The position numbers and the translations under genes were made by a program. The notes under the pieces were generated by a model, which saw nothing but the letters and a program-made list of their open reading frames with translations, was not told the origin of the DNA and did no database searches. This document shows, piece after piece, positions 8,932 to 19,034 of a DNA stretch of 64,000 nt. The DNA is from an uncultured delta proteobacterium (lineage in GTDB: Bacteria > Desulfobacterota > Binatia > Binatales > Binataceae): NCBI GenBank assembly GCA_963842085.1, contig CAWJET010000002.1, positions 544,001 to 608,000 on the forward strand, written 5' to 3'. Positions within the stretch are counted from its first letter, which is position 1. Each line of letters opens with the position of its first letter.

Positions 8932-9651
8932 ATGACCACCGCTGATATTACCTTTCCTGCCAACGGGGGACGGCCCATGCGCGCTGCGTATGCGGCGCCG
9001 TCCGATTCGCAGAAGCATCCCGGTGTGATCGTGATCCACGAAATTTTCGGACTCAACGACGACATCCGCCGCATTACCGGGATGGTTGCCGACCTCGGTT
9101 ACGCCGCGCTCGCGCCCGACCTCTACGATCGCGACGGGATGCGCCTCATCTGTATCGCGCGCACCCTGATGACGCTCAGTCGCGGCGAGGGCGACGCCTT
9201 CAAGGACCTCGACGCGGCGCGCAAGTTCCTGCAGCAGCAGCCGGGCGTCGACGCGGCGCGCATCGGAGTCATCGGCTTCTGCATGGGCGGCGGATTCGCG
9301 CTGATGTACGCGGCGCGCGCTCCGCTGGGTGTGGCCGCGACGTTTTACGGCGACGTGCCGAAGAATAGCGACCCGTTGCGCGGAGTGTGTCCCGTGCTGG
9401 GCGGTTACGGCGGCAAGGATCGGATGTTCGCGGCGCAGGGCCGGAGGCTCGAACAGTTGCTCACGGAGTTGGGCGTCGATCACGACGTCAAGCTCTACGA
9501 CGACGCGGGCCACAGCTTCATGAGCCGCAACAGCGGATTTCTTCCGTGGATTGGAAAAATCGGCCCGATGAAAGCCGCTTACAATCCCGAGGCCGCCGAA
9601 GACAGTTGGAAGCGTATCGAAGCGTTCTTCGGCCGCCACCTCGGGCATTAG
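8932..9651 (+). CDS. Dienelactone hydrolase family protein
   Basis: HEIFGLN, GFCMGG (Cys nucleophile), GGKD and AGHSF motifs. Confidence 0.93.
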   Translation: MTTADITFPANGGRPMRAAYAAPSDSQKHPGVIVIHEIFGLNDDIRRITGMVADLGYAALAPDLYDRDGMRLICIARTLMTLSRGEGDAFKDLDAARKFLQQQPGVDAARIGVIGFCMGGGFALMYAARAPLGVAATFYGDVPKNSDPLRGVCPVLGGYGGKDRMFAAQGRRLEQLLTELGVDHDVKLYDDAGHSFMSRNSGFLPWIGKIGPMKAAYNPEAAEDSWKRIEAFFGRHLGH

Positions 9652-9767
9652 GCAGGCTAGGCGCTTCTCGGCTTGCTTAGTCCCGAAATCTCGCGTTAGT
9701 TAAAGTGTTCGTTCCAACAGCGGCGTGGCGGCGCGATGCGCGACGGGTTGGACCGCTGGGAAAATTG

Positions 9768-12700
9768 ATGCAGTGCTCGATCTGCGCGTCGGACAATCCC
9801 GAGGGGAGCAAGTTCTGCGTGCAATGCGGTGCGCCATTCAAGCGCCGCTGTGCGAAGTGTGGATTTGAAAATTCGCGCGCCGCGCGATTCTGCGCCGAGT
9901 GCGGATCGCCAGTAAGCGCCCCGGACACCTCACCCGTTTCGGAGGCGGCTGCGCCCGACGGCGAGCGGCGCCATCTCACGGTTCTCTTCTGCGACCTCGT
10001 GAGCTCGACCGAGATCGCCGCGCGTCTCGATCCCGAGGACTGGCGCGACATCGCCGCCGCCTATCAGCGCTGCGCGGCGGAAGCGGTGACGCGCTTCGGC
10101 GGACATGTCGCAAAATATCTCGGCGACGGAGTGGTCGTGTACTTCGGCTTCCCCGAGGCGCACGAGGACGACGGTGAACGCGCGGTTCGCGCCGGACTGG
10201 CGATCGTCGACGCGGTCGCCGCGCTGAACACAGACCTCGCCGCCAGGCAGAACGTGAAGCTCGCGGTCCGGGTCGGAATCCACACCGGCTCGGTGGTGGT
10301 AGGTCGTGGCGGCGGCACGGAAGCCGACGTGTTCGGCGATGCACCCAATATCGCCTCGCGCGTGCAGACGGCCGCCGAGCCAGATTCGGTCCTGATCACC
10401 GCCGCCGTGCACGAGCTGGTCTCGGGTCTGTTTATCGTCGAGGACCGCGGCGCGCAGCCGCTCAAGGGTATCGAGCATCCAGTCCAGCTCTATCGCGTCA
10501 TCCAGCCCATCGCCGTCCGCCGGCGCAGGCATGACTCCGCCGTCCGCGCGCTGACTCCCTTCGTCGGGCGCGACGACGAAATCCGCCTGGTGCTGGGCAG
10601 ATGGGAGAGCGCGCGCGAGGGCGCGGGCCAGCTCGTGCTCGTGATGGGCGAACCGGGAATCGGCAAATCGCGCCTGGTCGAAGAGTTCCGCGCGCGCATC
10701 AAGGACGATCCCCACCTCTGGATCGAAAGCGCCGGCGAGCAGTTCTTCGAAAGCACTCCGTTCCACGCGGTGACTCAGATACTCGATCAGGGTCTCGGCT
10801 GGAGCGGCGATGAAAGCACGGAGGAGCGCACGAGTCAGCTCGAGCGCTCGCTGGAGCTGGCCGGAATGAAGCTCGTCGAGGCGGTGCCGCTGATTGCGGA
10901 GATGCTGAATCTTCCGATCCCGCAGAAGTATCCTCCGCTGCTCTTTGCGCCCGATCAGAAGCGCAAACGGCTGCTGGCAAACCTGGCGACATGGGTGCTC
11001 AATGCCGCACGGCTCCAGCCGATCGTTATCGCGATCGAGGACCTGCACTGGGTCGATCCCTCGACGCTGGAACTTATGCAGACGCTGGCCGAGCAGGCGG
11101 CCACGGCGCCTCTGCTGCTGCTCTGTACCGTGCGGCCGGGGTTCCAAGCGCCATGGCCGCCGCGGGCCCATCATGCGCAGATCACGCTGCGCCGCCTGAA
11201 CGACCGCCAGACGCGCGAGATGGTCGCGGGCGTCGCCGCGCGCATAGGGCTGGCCAAAGAGCTGATCGAAAACGTGGTCAGGCGCACCGACGGCGTGCCG
11301 CTGTTTGCCGAGGAACTGACCCGCCTGCTCATGGAGGGCGAGGGGCACTCCGCGGCGCGCGAGATTCCAGCCACGTTGCACGACTCGCTGACGGCGCGGC
11401 TCGACCGCCTTGGCACGGCCAAAGAGGTCGCGCAGGTCGCCGCTGTGATCGGACGCGAATTCTCTTACGAGTTGCTGGCGGCGGTGTCGCCAACACCTGA
11501 ATACGAATTGCAATCCGCCCTCACCAAGCTGGCCGACGCGGAACTGATCTTCACGCGCGGCATTCCGCCCGAGGCGACCTACCAGTTCAAGCACGCGCTC
11601 ATCCAGGACGCCGCCTACGAAGCCCTGCTCAAGAGTCGGCGCAAGGAGATGCATCGCCGCGTCGCCGAGACAATCAGCCAGAAATTCCCCGGGATAGCCG
11701 AGGCGCAGCCCGAAGTCGTCGCCCGCCACTGGACCGAGGCAGGCGAGGCGGAGCCGGCCATCGCGGCATGGAAGAAAGCCGCGGGCGCAGCTTACGGACG
11801 GCGGGCATTTAAGGAAGCCGAAGAGGACTACCAGCAAGCTCTCGCGATGCTTGCGACACTGCCCGAATCAGCGGAGCGCGATACGCGCGAGCTCGAGTAT
11901 GCGAGCATACTCAGCGCGCTCTTCATCACCACACACGGCTTCACCGCGCCGGCCACCGTCGAGATGGCCGGGCGTGCACGTGCGCTCGCCGAGAGGAGTG
12001 GCAACCTGCCTCTGCTCGTTATGCAGGAAATCTTCAATTGGAGCACCGTTCTGGTCTCCGGTGACCATCCCGCCGCCACCGCGCTTGCCGATAGGGTACT
12101 GACCCTCTCCGAGCGTGAAGGCAGCGAGGTGAATCTCGGATTCGCTCAGGTCGCTCAGGTGCATGTGCGCTACTATCGCGGGGACCTGGTCGGAGTCAGA
12201 GAGCATTTCGCGCAGCTAACCCCCTACTTCGAGGCGATCCGCCGAAGTGGGCGCCCGGGAACCCCGAATGCAGAAGGTTTCGCGAGCGTCACCGAGTGGG
12301 CCCTGGGCTATGCCGATCGCGCCCGCGCGCATGCCGCCCATGCCATGGAATTTGTGCACGACGGCCAGAATCTGCACGACATCGCGTTCGCGCACTACAT
12401 GGCCGCGTGGCTGTACCGGTTTACCAGAGATCCGCGGCACGTCGAGGAGGCCGCCACGCAAGCGTTAGCAATTTCCGAACAGCTAGGCTTTTCTTACGTC
12501 AGCAATCTGGCGCGCCAGTATCTCGGATGGGCGCGCGCGCACCTCGGCAGTACGGCAGACGGCGTCTCGCTCGTCCGCCAGGGTTTGTCCGAGATGGTGG
12601 CCTCCGGTTCGCGAGCTGGTATCAGCGAATTCCTATCTCTGCTGGGAGAAGCTCAGGTCCTCGACGGCAAGCTCGACGAGGCCCTTGGTACATTCGAGAA

Positions 12701-13016
12701 CGCTCTCCAGGCGAACCCCGAGGAAATCATCTTCCGACCGCATATTCTGACCTGTCGCGGGGAACTGCGACTCAAGCTCGGCCAGACCGAACCGGCAGAA
12801 GCCGATTTCCGCGAAGCTATCGCGCTTGCGCAAAAGATGAGCGCGAAGGCGTTCGAACTCCGCGCCGCAACCAGTCGCGCCCGCCTGCTAACCAAGCAAG
12901 GCAAGCGCGACGAGGCTCGCGCCTTGCTCACCGAAATCTACAACTGGTTCACCGAAGGCTTTGACACCGCCGACCTGAAGGACGCCAAAGCATTGCTCGA
13001 CGAATCGCCCGCCTGA
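9768..13016 (+). CDS. Double zinc ribbon + class III adenylate/guanylate cyclase + AAA ATPase + TPR-like protein
   Basis: Four CxxC pairs; ERRHLTVLFCDLVSST, KYLGDG and NIASR; Walker A GEPGIGKS and EDLHW; C-terminal WFTEGFDTADL. Confidence 0.93.
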   Translation: MQCSICASDNPEGSKFCVQCGAPFKRRCAKCGFENSRAARFCAECGSPVSAPDTSPVSEAAAPDGERRHLTVLFCDLVSSTEIAARLDPEDWRDIAAAYQRCAAEAVTRFGGHVAKYLGDGVVVYFGFPEAHEDDGERAVRAGLAIVDAVAALNTDLAARQNVKLAVRVGIHTGSVVVGRGGGTEADVFGDAPNIASRVQTAAEPDSVLITAAVHELVSGLFIVEDRGAQPLKGIEHPVQLYRVIQPIAVRRRRHDSAVRALTPFVGRDDEIRLVLGRWESAREGAGQLVLVMGEPGIGKSRLVEEFRARIKDDPHLWIESAGEQFFESTPFHAVTQILDQGLGWSGDESTEERTSQLERSLELAGMKLVEAVPLIAEMLNLPIPQKYPPLLFAPDQKRKRLLANLATWVLNAARLQPIVIAIEDLHWVDPSTLELMQTLAEQAATAPLLLLCTVRPGFQAPWPPRAHHAQITLRRLNDRQTREMVAGVAARIGLAKELIENVVRRTDGVPLFAEELTRLLMEGEGHSAAREIPATLHDSLTARLDRLGTAKEVAQVAAVIGREFSYELLAAVSPTPEYELQSALTKLADAELIFTRGIPPEATYQFKHALIQDAAYEALLKSRRKEMHRRVAETISQKFPGIAEAQPEVVARHWTEAGEAEPAIAAWKKAAGAAYGRRAFKEAEEDYQQALAMLATLPESAERDTRELEYASILSALFITTHGFTAPATVEMAGRARALAERSGNLPLLVMQEIFNWSTVLVSGDHPAATALADRVLTLSEREGSEVNLGFAQVAQVHVRYYRGDLVGVREHFAQLTPYFEAIRRSGRPGTPNAEGFASVTEWALGYADRARAHAAHAMEFVHDGQNLHDIAFAHYMAAWLYRFTRDPRHVEEAATQALAISEQLGFSYVSNLARQYLGWARAHLGSTADGVSLVRQGLSEMVASGSRAGISEFLSLLGEAQVLDGKLDEALGTFENALQANPEEIIFRPHILTCRGELRLKLGQTEPAEADFREAIALAQKMSAKAFELRAATSRARLLTKQGKRDEARALLTEIYNWFTEGFDTADLKDAKALLDESPA

Positions 13017-13042
13017 CGCCGGCGTTCGTCAACTGGAACGCG

Positions 13043-13291
13043 CTATTTGCTCAAGCCGACGGCTTGCCGCGATTTCGCGATTCGCTCGCGCGAGGCTACC
13101 AGCGCTTCGACGTTCTTCGCGCCGCGGTAGCCCATCTGATCGGCCAGGTACTCGGCGAGCTTGCGCTCCGAGATATTCGGCCTTTGCTTGCGTTTGTCCT
13201 CGGCCAGCTCGGCGAGCGTGGTCCGCAGGGTTTCCTCGGAGTCCCTGAGCGTCTCGAAAATCGGGGAGGGAATCACAGAATTACTCGCCAT
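13043..13291 (-). CDS. Small hypothetical helical protein (82 aa)
   Basis: GC3-rich codons, upstream AGGTG RBS, extended -10 TGcTATGAT at 13311-13319. Confidence 0.7.
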   Translation of the reverse strand: MASNSVIPSPIFETLRDSEETLRTTLAELAEDKRKQRPNISERKLAEYLADQMGYRGAKNVEALVASRERIAKSRQAVGLSK

Positions 13292-13423
13292 GCATGTCAC
13301 CTATGGATTTATCATAGCACAACCGGGCCAAACCTCGTGCATGCCATATGTCAAACGAAAACAACCGAATTCGCTCAAACTTTTTTGTTCCCCACGCGAC
13401 AATTTTATTCGGAAAGACGATAG

Positions 13424-13639
13424 CTAACTCTGCGGATCCTTCAGATGGGGGCGGGTGGCGTAGAAGTATTCCATTCCGGGGACGCCACGCGGCGTTTCGT
13501 CGTCAAATAACACCGACACTACGCCGTAGAATGCTACTATCGTCCAGAACGCGCCGGTGCTTACCGGCGGCAACGCCGCCGTCGTCGCGCCCATAACCAG
13601 CGTCGCGATTGCGTCGCGCAGTAGCCAGAGTTCATTCAT
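13424..13639 (-). CDS. Small hypothetical membrane protein (71 aa)
   Basis: Fills an intergenic gap co-oriented with its neighbours; hydrophobic segment AFWTIVAFYGVVSVLF; no family recognised. Confidence 0.4.
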   Translation of the reverse strand: MNELWLLRDAIATLVMGATTAALPPVSTGAFWTIVAFYGVVSVLFDDETPRGVPGMEYFYATRPHLKDPQS

Positions 13640-13655
13640 CGGTATCGCAACTTCG

Positions 13656-13816
13656 GACTCAAAACCGGTACCGGCTTCGCTCGCGCGAAGCTGTCCGAGA
13701 TCCTTCCTGCCGCTCGCGTTGCTCGCTTCGTCAGGATGACAGAACGGGCTCGCATCGCTCGCTTCGTCAGGATGACAGAACGGGCGCGCATCGCTCGTTT
13801 AGCTCACGATGACAGA
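13656..13816. repeat. REP-like family 1 copy with tandem 36-bp terminal duplications
   Basis: Full unit ending TCAGGATGACA at 13741; 36-bp units at 13721-13756 and 13757-13792; degenerate third unit. Confidence 0.85.
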
Positions 13817-13840
13817 GCGGCGTACGTGTCGCGAACCGCC

Positions 13841-14626
13841 CTACTCTCCCGTCCAGTTGGGCTTGCGCTTCTGCGAAAACGCCAGCGGACCTTCGACCGC
13901 GTCCTTCGAGCGAAACAGCTTCGACTGCAAATCGTAATGCTTGGCGAGCGCCGCTTCGACCGTCATTCCAAGGCCGGTCATCGCCGCTTCCTTGGTCGCC
14001 TGCACCGACAACGGTGAGCATTCCATGATCTCGCCCGCCCACTTCTCGGCCGTCGGGATGAGATCCTTGAGCGGCACCACCTCGTTGGCGATTCCGTAGC
14101 GCAGCGCGTCGGCGGCCGTGATGTGCTTGCCCGTCAGCATCATGCCCATCGCAATCTTGAGTGGGATGTGGCGCGGCAGTCGATGCACTCCTCCCGCCGC
14201 CGCCATCAGGCCGACGCGCGGTTCCGGCAATCCGAAACGCGCGTGCTCGGCCGCAATGATGATATCGCAAGAGAGCGCTATCTCGAATCCGCCGCCGAGC
14301 GCGAATCCGTTCACCGCCGCGATGATCGGCTTGTAGATGTCGTAGCGCGCAGTGATTCCGGCGAAGCCGCCCTTGCTGCGAAGACCCTCCATCACTTGCC
14401 CGCGATTCTCCGCCGTCCAGCGCAAATCGTTGCCGGCCGAGAACCCCTTGTCGCCGGCGCCCGTCACGATTGCGACCCACGCCGACTTGTCCGCGACGAA
14501 GTCGTCCCACACGCTGTCCATCTCGACGTGACACGGCGGATGCAGCGCGTTCATCCGCTCGGGCCGGTTGAACGTGATGTACGCGATATGGTTGCGCTTC
14601 TCGTACTTGATGAATTTCAGATCCAT
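13841..14626 (-). CDS. Enoyl-CoA hydratase family protein
   Basis: FSAGNDL, AVNGFALGGGFE and FGLPEPRVG (both catalytic Glu present). Confidence 0.95.
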   Translation of the reverse strand: MDLKFIKYEKRNHIAYITFNRPERMNALHPPCHVEMDSVWDDFVADKSAWVAIVTGAGDKGFSAGNDLRWTAENRGQVMEGLRSKGGFAGITARYDIYKPIIAAVNGFALGGGFEIALSCDIIIAAEHARFGLPEPRVGLMAAAGGVHRLPRHIPLKIAMGMMLTGKHITAADALRYGIANEVVPLKDLIPTAEKWAGEIMECSPLSVQATKEAAMTGLGMTVEAALAKHYDLQSKLFRSKDAVEGPLAFSQKRKPNWTGE

Positions 14627-14654
14627 TTCGCCTTAACTCCCTCGCTGGTTGTAT

Positions 14655-14888
14655 TTACTGCTCGTCGAGCAGTTCGAAAAACGCGTCGATACTTTGCATC
14701 AACTGCCGCCTGATTTGCACGCGGTTGCCTTCGATCAGATGCATCGTGACTCGCCCGCTGGTGCCGTCGGCCAGGCTGACCCGCGCGTCCTCGACGCCGG
14801 CGACGACTCCCTGATCGAAAATCCGCATCCCGTACACTAGCGAGCCGCGCTGCGACGCACCTTTCACCAGAGTCAGCTTACGCGCCAT
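14655..14888 (-). CDS. Hypothetical protein (77 aa)
   Basis: GGGAGA RBS, good codon bias, 28 bp upstream of the crotonase gene. Confidence 0.75.
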   Translation of the reverse strand: MARKLTLVKGASQRGSLVYGMRIFDQGVVAGVEDARVSLADGTSGRVTMHLIEGNRVQIRRQLMQSIDAFFELLDEQ

Positions 14889-14967
14889 CGGGGGTCTCCC
14901 TCGTTCATATCTGTCGCTCTATAGCATATCGTTGACAATCAAGGATGGCGCCCACAAAATCGCGCCG

Positions 14968-15420
14968 ATGAATCGAATGCGTATTCCCCGATCTCGGGTG
15001 CTCGCGATAATTTGCGCCGTGTTCATTTGCTCTGGATGCGGCCTCGCCTACCAGGCCGGCACGCGAATCAAGGCCACGCGGATGTCGGATTCGCTGCAAG
15101 TAGGCCAGACCTCGCCCGAGGTGCATCATTCGTGGGGCGAGCCCGACATTCGGACCTACCTGCCGGGCGATACCGAGGTCTGGAGCTATCCCTACAAGCC
15201 CAACAGCAACGACCTCACGGCGGCGCTGCTGTACACCTCGTCCAAGGACGGCGACAAGGGCACGTTTTTGGATTTGAAGTTTGTTGGGGGCAAACTCGTC
15301 TCATGGCAGGAAGCTGAGCATACGCTGCCGCTTAAGGGACATACGGGCATCGGCCTGGGGATCAACCAAGGGCCGATTGGGAACGGAACCCAGACGCAGC
15401 CCGGAGCTGTGCATTACTAG
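14968..15420 (+). CDS. Lipoprotein with SmpA/OmlA (BamE-like) domain
   Basis: Signal peptide with lipobox-like ICSGC; LQVGQTSPEV..WGEPD...EVWSY pattern. Confidence 0.7.
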   Translation: MNRMRIPRSRVLAIICAVFICSGCGLAYQAGTRIKATRMSDSLQVGQTSPEVHHSWGEPDIRTYLPGDTEVWSYPYKPNSNDLTAALLYTSSKDGDKGTFLDLKFVGGKLVSWQEAEHTLPLKGHTGIGLGINQGPIGNGTQTQPGAVHY

Positions 15421-15610
15421 TCGTAGCCAAGGGCTGCGCAACCGGTCAGTGCCGTGGGGAAGGCATACTTGCAACCAGCCAGAACCATCGTGTCTAATTG
15501 AGCCCGAACGGGGGGAATGGTGGTAAGTTCGGTGTGGCGGCATTGCTGTTGAAGATGACTCGATATGACCTGAATCGACGCGGCTTGGCGCCGGCCGGCG
15601 GGCCTGCCTG

Positions 15611-17326
15611 ATGGCGACCGCGCGCAAAAGCTTCGAGGCAATCCTGCTCGACCGCTCGTGGGTCTCGGCGCAGGACCTTGACAAGGCGCGCCAGCGCAAA
15701 AAGCCCGGCCAGGAGCTGGCCGACGTGCTGGTCGAGATGGGCGCGTTGGAACCTCAGCGGCTGGCCCGCGCGCTCGCGCAGGAGTACCGGCTGCCGTTCC
15801 AGGCCCATATCGACGAGCATTCGCTTGACCCGGCTCTAGTTTCGAAAATTCCGATCAACTACGCCAAGAAGAACCGCCTGCTGCCGCTCTCGAGCGCCGA
15901 CGGCACGGTGACCGTGGCGATCGCCGACCCGGCCAACTACGAGCCGCTCGACGACTTGCGAATCCTGTACGGCGCGCAGATACAACCGCTGGTCGCGCCG
16001 GCCGAAGTAATCGCGGAGGCAATCAACCGCGCGTACGACCAGGCGTCGGCTACCACGGCCGAAGACTTGATGATCGATCTCGAGGAAGAGCGGCTGGACG
16101 TGGTTGCCAGCGAGCTCGCGTCGGAGCCGCTGGACCTGCTGGAATCCGACGATTCAGCGCCGATTATCAAGCTCGTCAATGGCATCCTGTCGCAGGCGGT
16201 CAAGGACCGCGCGAGCGACATTCATATTGAAGTATTCGAAAAGGAAATGGTGGTGCGCTTTCGCGTGGACGGGATGATGTACGACGTGTTGTCGCCGCCC
16301 AAGCGTTTTCAGCCAGCGATAACCTCGCGCGTCAAGGTCATGGCGGGCCTCAACATCGCCGAGAAGCGCCTGCCGCAGGACGGCAGAATCCGGCTGCGCA
16401 TCGCGGGCCGCGATATCGACTTGCGCGTGTCGTCGATACCGACCGCATTCGGCGAGCGAATCGTGCTCCGCCTATTGGACCGCGCGCAGGCCGTCGAAGC
16501 CATCAATCTCGACCATCTTGGATTTTCCGGCGACAACCTCAATCGCCTGGACCGCCTGATCCGGCAGAGCCACGGGATCATCCTGGCCACCGGACCCACG
16601 GGCTCGGGCAAATCGACGACGCTGTATGCGTGTCTCAGCCGCATCAACTCGCCCGAAAAGAACATCATCACGATCGAGGATCCGATCGAGTACCAGCTCC
16701 GCGGCGTCGGCCAGATGCAGGTGAATCCGAAGATCGAGTTGACCTTCGCCAGCGGGCTGCGCTCGATCCTGCGCCAGGACCCCGACGTGATCATGGTCGG
16801 CGAAATCCGCGACAGCGAAACTGCTGAAATAGCGATCCAGGCCGCCTTGACCGGCCACCTGGTGTTTTCGACGCTCCACACCAACGATTCCTTCGGCGCA
16901 GTGACGCGGCTGGTGGACATGGGGATCGAGCCGTTCCTGGTTTCATCGTCAATTCTCGCCGTGCTGGCGCAGCGCCTGGTGCGCAAGCTCTGCGTTGATT
17001 GCCGCGAGCCCTACCGCCCCAGCGACACCGAACTCGCGCGGATCGGACTCAAGGGCGTGGATACTACCGGCAAGATTTGCCGACCCAAGGGCTGCCGCAA
17101 TTGCCGCAACACCGGCTACCGCGGCCGCATGGCAATCCAGGAACTGATGATCATGGACGACCAAATCCGATCGCTCGTGATGCAGAACGCCGACGCCGCC
17201 ACGCTGCGCCGCCACTGCACCGCCAATGGGATGACGCTGCTGCGCCAGGACGGCGCGGGCCGCGTGCTGCGCGGCGAGACCTCGATCGAGGAGCTGCTGC
17301 GGGTCACCCAGGAAGATATCGACTAG
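15611..17326 (+). CDS. gspE: Type II secretion ATPase
   Basis: ASDIHIE, RLPQDG, GPTGSGKSTT, TIEDPIE, LRQDPDVIMVGEIRD, AALTGH; tetracysteine motif; extended N-domain. Confidence 0.96.
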   Translation: MATARKSFEAILLDRSWVSAQDLDKARQRKKPGQELADVLVEMGALEPQRLARALAQEYRLPFQAHIDEHSLDPALVSKIPINYAKKNRLLPLSSADGTVTVAIADPANYEPLDDLRILYGAQIQPLVAPAEVIAEAINRAYDQASATTAEDLMIDLEEERLDVVASELASEPLDLLESDDSAPIIKLVNGILSQAVKDRASDIHIEVFEKEMVVRFRVDGMMYDVLSPPKRFQPAITSRVKVMAGLNIAEKRLPQDGRIRLRIAGRDIDLRVSSIPTAFGERIVLRLLDRAQAVEAINLDHLGFSGDNLNRLDRLIRQSHGIILATGPTGSGKSTTLYACLSRINSPEKNIITIEDPIEYQLRGVGQMQVNPKIELTFASGLRSILRQDPDVIMVGEIRDSETAEIAIQAALTGHLVFSTLHTNDSFGAVTRLVDMGIEPFLVSSSILAVLAQRLVRKLCVDCREPYRPSDTELARIGLKGVDTTGKICRPKGCRNCRNTGYRGRMAIQELMIMDDQIRSLVMQNADAATLRRHCTANGMTLLRQDGAGRVLRGETSIEELLRVTQEDID

Positions 17327-17354
17327 CGCACCCGCACGTAAGTTTTTTTCACCG

Positions 17355-18584
17355 ATGCCGGTATTTGCTTATCGAGGACTTGGCGCCGACGGCCGCACCG
17401 TCAACGGCGTGGTTGACGCCGACAGCGCGCGGACCGCGCGCGGCAAGCTGCGCGCGTCGGGCATTTTCCCGACCGACCTCAACGAGGAGTCCACCGCCGC
17501 CGAGCGCCTGGAGGCTAAGCGCGAGTGGCTGCCCTCGCTGTGGCGGCGCAAAATGCCCGCGGCGGACCTGGCTCTGCTGACACGCCAGCTAAGCGCGCTG
17601 CTCGGCGCCGGAGTGCAGTTGGTCGATGCGCTGAGCGCGCTCGCCGATCAATCGACGCGCGCCGCGACCAAGCGGATGCTCTCGCAGGTGCGCGAACGCG
17701 TGCGCGAGGGCTCGTCGCTGGCCGACGCGCTGACCAATCATCGCGACACCTTCTCCGAACTCTACATCGGGATGGTGCGCGCCGGTGAGCAGGCCGCGGC
17801 GCTCGAGGCGGTGCTGGACCGGCTGGCCGAGTACAGCGAGCGCCAGAATGAATTCGTCACCAAGGTCCGCGGCGCGCTGACCTATCCGATCATCATGATG
17901 TGCGTGGGCACGGCGATCATGGCGTTCCTGGTGACGTACGTGGTGCCGCAGGTCGCGACGATCTTCGAGCAGCAGCATGCGGCATTGCCGCTGGCGACGC
18001 GCATCCTGATTTCATTCTCGGCGCTCGTCACCGGCTACTGGATCCCGCTGGCGCTGCTGATCGTCGGGACGGTGGCGGGAATCACCGCCGCGCTGGCGAC
18101 GCCGCGCGGCCGGCGCATGTACGACACCGCAATCCTGAAAGTCTATTACATCGGGCCCACGCTGATTCGAATCATCTGCGCGCGCTTTGCGCGGACGCTG
18201 GCTACCCTGCTCGCCAGCGGCGTCCAACTGCTGCCGGCGCTCGACGCGGTCAAAGGCGTGGTGACCAACGGTCTGCTGAAGGACGCCGTCGAGCAGAGCC
18301 GCGAAAGTATCCGCGAGGGTCATGGCATGGGCCAGACGCTGGCGCGCAGCGGGCTCTTTCCGCCACTGCTGATCGAGATGATTCGCGTCGGCGAACGTTC
18401 CGGCGAACTGGAGCGGATGCTCGAGCGGGTCGCCGACAACTACGAACGTGAAGTGGCGCATTCGCTGAGCCAGATGACCACCGTGCTCGAGCCCGTGATG
18501 ACGCTGGCGATGGCGGCTGTTATCGTGTTCATGATGCTGGCGGTGCTGATGCCAATCTTCCAGCTCAACCAGCTGATGCAATGA
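17355..18584 (+). CDS. gspF: Type II secretion inner-membrane platform protein
   Basis: MPVFAYRG, TRQLSALLGAGV, GALTYP, GERSGELE and LEP motifs. Confidence 0.95.
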   Translation: MPVFAYRGLGADGRTVNGVVDADSARTARGKLRASGIFPTDLNEESTAAERLEAKREWLPSLWRRKMPAADLALLTRQLSALLGAGVQLVDALSALADQSTRAATKRMLSQVRERVREGSSLADALTNHRDTFSELYIGMVRAGEQAAALEAVLDRLAEYSERQNEFVTKVRGALTYPIIMMCVGTAIMAFLVTYVVPQVATIFEQQHAALPLATRILISFSALVTGYWIPLALLIVGTVAGITAALATPRGRRMYDTAILKVYYIGPTLIRIICARFARTLATLLASGVQLLPALDAVKGVVTNGLLKDAVEQSRESIREGHGMGQTLARSGLFPPLLIEMIRVGERSGELERMLERVADNYEREVAHSLSQMTTVLEPVMTLAMAAVIVFMMLAVLMPIFQLNQLMQ

Positions 18585-19027
18585 CTAATGCTGCGGAGGC
18601 AACTGCGATGAAGTCACGCCGATACAACCAGGATGGATTCACCCTGATTGAAATCATGGTGGTGATCCTGATTTTGGGCCTGCTCGCGACGATCGTCGTA
18701 CAGAGTCTGCGCGGCGCCGCCGACAAGGCCAAAAAGACCAAGGCTCAGGCCGACCTCGCCGAGATCAAGACCGCGCTCGATCGCTACTACCTCGACAACG
18801 GCTACTACCCGACCACCGACCAGGGTTTGAACGCGCTGGTCTCGCCGCCGACCAACGGCCGCGTGCCCGCCAATTACGAAAGCGGCGGCTATATCGAGCG
18901 CCTGCCGAATGATCCGTGGGGCACGCCCTACTTTTACCAGAGCGACGGAAACTCGTACGTTCTGAAATCGTTCGGCCCCGACGGCGTCGAAAGCTCGGAT
19001 GATATAGACGCCAGCCAATCGTCGTGA
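18581..19027 (+). CDS. gspG: T2SS major pseudopilin
   Basis: GFTLIEIMVVI, YYLDNGYYPTTDQGLNALV, DPWG and SFGPDG motifs. Confidence 0.96.
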   Translation: MTNAAEATAMKSRRYNQDGFTLIEIMVVILILGLLATIVVQSLRGAADKAKKTKAQADLAEIKTALDRYYLDNGYYPTTDQGLNALVSPPTNGRVPANYESGGYIERLPNDPWGTPYFYQSDGNSYVLKSFGPDGVESSDDIDASQSS

Positions 19028-19034
19028 TGGCGCA

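Noticed and set aside
9930-11837. 635-aa antisense ORF
   Set aside because: Shadow of the cyclase/AAA gene
9768-13016. Cyclase/AAA/TPR protein as a novel defence system
   Set aside because: A common, often multi-copy architecture; no effector or defence neighbours seen
13721-13816. CRISPR-like 36-bp repeats
   Set aside because: Head-to-tail tandem units with no spacers; part of repeat family 1
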